From NCBI GenBank assembly GCA_018066065.1, contig JAGHSC010000173.1:1-46147 (forward strand): a DNA stretch of 46,147 nucleotides. The letters run 5' to 3'. This stretch comes from Candidatus Cryptobacteroides faecihippi (GTDB taxonomy: Bacteria > Bacteroidota > Bacteroidia > Bacteroidales > UBA932). Position numbers and translations under genes: made by a program. The notes under the pieces were generated by a model that was not told the DNA's origin, searched no databases, and saw only the letters and a list, made by a program, of their open reading frames with translations. Below, piece after piece: positions 44,543 to 46,147 of this stretch (the first letter of the stretch is position 1; each line of letters starts with the position of its first letter).

Positions 44543-46147
44543 ATGAAATCAAACGGTAACTACGACTGGAAATTCTCCACCATCGGTGGGGTGACCAGGG
44601 TCAACATCGCCACCGGACAGGACATCGCCCATCTGGATGAGCTTGACCAGAAACTCTGGACCGTCCTCAGCAGCCCTGTAAGCGGGCTTGAGATGGAACC
44701 TGAGACTCTCTCGATCATCGATTCTGACAAGGACGGCCAGATCCATGTCAATGAAGTCGTCGCTGCAGCGAAGTGGCTCACCTCCGTCCTGAAGGACGCC
44801 GACACCCTCGTCAAGGCAGGTGACGAGCTCGCCTTCAATGCTTTCAATGAGGAATCAGAGGAAGGAAAGACTCTTCTCGATTGCGCAAGGCAGATTGTAG
44901 CCGCCTCAGGTGAGGAAAAGGATTCCATCACCCTTGCGGATGCTTCCGCCTATCTCGACCTCATCTCCAAGAAGCCTTTCAACGGAGACGGCATCATCAC
45001 TCCTGCCGCCACCGAGGATGAGGCCTTGAAGCAGACCATCACCGATGCAATCGCCTGCGCAGGCTCCGTCACGGACAGAAGCGGTGAGGCCGGAATCGAT
45101 GCAGACAAGGTCGAGGCATTCTACACGGCTGTCGCAGACTACTGCGCATGGGTCGAGGCAGGAGATGCCGACAAGGACAATGTCTTCCCTTACGGGGCAG
45201 ACACGGCTTCAGCCCTTGCCGCAGTCAATGCCATCAAGGCAAAGGTCGACGACTACTTCCTCCGCTGCAAGCTTGCCGCATTCAACTCCACCGACGCATC
45301 CCTCGACGTCTCAGCCGACAAGATCACAGAGATCAGCACAAAGAATCTCTCAGCCTGCGTGGATGAGATCGCTGAATATCCACTTGCGAAGGTTTCGGCG
45401 TCCCAGACCCTTTCACTCACCGAAGGCATCAACCCTGCATGGCAGGCTGCCGTTGCATCATTCAAGGCTCTTGTTCTTGATGCCGATGCGGCTGAACTCA
45501 CTGAAGATCAGTGGAATGCTGTACAGGCAAAGTTCGGTGCCTACACGGCGTGGCTTGGAACCAAGAAGGGTGAATGCGTCGAGGCTCTCGGAGCCGACAG
45601 GGCAAAGGCCATCCTTGCTGCCGACCAGAAGGCTGCAATCCTTGACCTGATCGCTCAGGACAAGGCTCTCGAAGGCAGTGTCGCCAGTGTTGAATCGGTC
45701 AGGAAGCTCCTGATACTCAACCGCGATTTCTTTACATTCATCCGCAACTTCGTCACCTTCGACGACTTCTATGCAAGCGTCGATGGAAAGACCAAGGCAA
45801 TCTTCCAGGCTGGAACCCTCTACATCGACCAGCGCAGCACCGATCTCTGCATCAAGGTAGCAGACATGGGCAAGCAGGGCGACATGGCCGCACTCAGTGG
45901 CATGTTCATCCTCTACTGCGCATGCACATCCAAGTCCAAGGGACAGTCGATGAACATTGCCGCCGTCCTCACCGAAGGCCAGATAACCAGCCTCAGGGTC
46001 GGACAGAATGCTGTCTTCTACGACCGCCAGGGCGCCGAGTGGGATGCAGTCGTCACCAAGATCGTCGACAATCCGATCAGCGTCAAGCAGGCATTCATGT
46101 CCCCTTACCGCAGGTTCGCGCGCACGATCTCGGACAGAATCAAGAAG
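44543..46147 (+). CDS. Uncharacterised EF-hand-motif protein, partial (at least 535 codons, runs off the window)
   Basis: Open frame MKSNGNYDWKFSTIGGVTRV...LDQKLWTVLSSP...DSDKDGQIHVNE...NPISVKQAFMSPY with normal codon usage. It has no stop in the window, which is why the ORF track omits it. Confidence 0.85.
   Translation, partial: MKSNGNYDWKFSTIGGVTRVNIATGQDIAHLDELDQKLWTVLSSPVSGLEMEPETLSIIDSDKDGQIHVNEVVAAAKWLTSVLKDADTLVKAGDELAFNAFNEESEEGKTLLDCARQIVAASGEEKDSITLADASAYLDLISKKPFNGDGIITPAATEDEALKQTITDAIACAGSVTDRSGEAGIDADKVEAFYTAVADYCAWVEAGDADKDNVFPYGADTASALAAVNAIKAKVDDYFLRCKLAAFNSTDASLDVSADKITEISTKNLSACVDEIAEYPLAKVSASQTLSLTEGINPAWQAAVASFKALVLDADAAELTEDQWNAVQAKFGAYTAWLGTKKGECVEALGADRAKAILAADQKAAILDLIAQDKALEGSVASVESVRKLLILNRDFFTFIRNFVTFDDFYASVDGKTKAIFQAGTLYIDQRSTDLCIKVADMGKQGDMAALSGMFILYCACTSKSKGQSMNIAAVLTEGQITSLRVGQNAVFYDRQGAEWDAVVTKIVDNPISVKQAFMSPYRRFARTISDRIKK

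Noticed and set aside
45045-45650. 201-aa ORF in the track
   Set aside because: Off-frame overlap with the real gene that starts at 44543.
1-46147. tRNA, rRNA, CRISPR array, IS element, prophage or riboswitch
   Set aside because: Intergenic gaps are all under about 160 nt and show no such repeats or structures; no mobility genes recognised.

Overview
Gene-dense window from a Bacteroidota (Bacteroidales-like) genome, judged from the SusC/SusD pair, TAnnTTTG promoters, Gln-first mature proteins and C-K-(D/E)-E lipoprotein export signals. I found no rRNA, tRNA, CRISPR array, transposase, integrase or reverse transcriptase. The left part (1-13.5 kb) holds glycan enzymes (GH127/146-like tail, FAD oxidoreductase, GH29, GH130, a GH28-like triplet), DMT and MATE transporters, and a metal-type TonB receptor with an HMA protein. 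The centre (13.6-35.8 kb) is the most unusual part: a SusC/SusD locus with no glycoside hydrolase. Its cargo is an aspartate-type racemase, a DcuC carrier, a surface lipoprotein with tandem C-type-lectin/Fib_succ_major-like repeats, two paralogous fusions of a fimbrillin-like domain to a beta-lactamase-family hydrolase, and isoaspartyl dipeptidase. A divergent dmpA-like / DAACS / LD-carboxypeptidase / AGCS / glpK / glpF operon follows. I infer a utilisation locus for peptides with D-amino acids or iso(beta)-aspartyl bonds; the substrate is not established. The right part holds GH106, panE, a frameshifted HAD lipoprotein, a LAB_N protein, GH78 and a partial EF-hand protein absent from the ORF track. 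All family calls come from motif recognition by eye, not database searches.
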